From contig CAWJPJ010000008.1 in assembly GCA_963844715.1 (NCBI GenBank), positions 160,001 through 224,000 on the forward strand: 64,000 nt of DNA. The letters are read 5' to 3'. Below, piece by piece: positions 63,854 to 64,000 of this stretch (its first letter is position 1; every line of letters begins with the position of its first letter). Below the pieces are notes generated by a model, which had not been told where the DNA came from, ran no database searches, and was given only the letters and a program-made list of their open reading frames with translations. The stretch is from an uncultured Phycisphaerales bacterium. Its GTDB lineage: Bacteria; Planctomycetota; Phycisphaerae; Tepidisphaerales; Tepidisphaeraceae. A program made the position numbers and the translations under genes.

Positions 63854-64000
63854 CTAGTGACGCAGGGCCAGGATCAATTCGATCTCGCCGCTGGGGCGAT
63901 TGAGGCGTTCGGCGATCTCCAGCGCCGAACGGCCCTGGTCGGCCAGGGCATAGACGTCCGCGTGCCGCGATTCGACGGGGCTGGGGGGCGGGGCGGGTTG
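63854..64000 (-). CDS. C-terminal fragment of a small HTH protein (DUF6115/DUF2802-like), 5'-truncated
   Basis: Translated by hand: ...HADVYALADQGRSALEIAERLNRPSGEIELILALRH*. Confidence 0.6.
   Translation of the reverse strand, partial: QPAPPPSPVESRHADVYALADQGRSALEIAERLNRPSGEIELILALRH

Overview
GC-rich bacterial chromosomal DNA, most likely a planctomycete of class Phycisphaerae (Tepidisphaerales-like). This is inferred from the PEP-CTERM proteins, YdjY protein, TPR-glycosyltransferase array, FHA/Ser-Thr kinase genes and a complete mre operon. Roughly 40 short indels, mostly in G/C runs, split even essential genes (dnaK, sufB, sufS, mrdA, rodA). I read these as long-read consensus errors and joined the fragments. 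Core content: truB, galE, mreB-mreC-mreD-mrdA-orf-rodA, a GHMP kinase/IMPase pair, a SUF operon with an apparent SufS-SufE(-SufT) fusion, dnaK behind a sigma-54 promoter, an orphan groES and aroA. Accessory content (31-60 kb): two membrane-anchored TIR proteins with Toll-like topology, an FHA-ABC transporter, an FHA-Zn-ribbon-Ser/Thr kinase and a ~1,770-aa double-FHA coiled-coil protein. It also holds an ORF6N cassette bracketed by a synonymously recoded duplicate of the host gene's 3' end, an AT-richer island with a HEPN-like gene, and five tandem TPR-glycosyltransferases plus a GT4. No rRNA, tRNA, CRISPR array or intact transposase was recognised.
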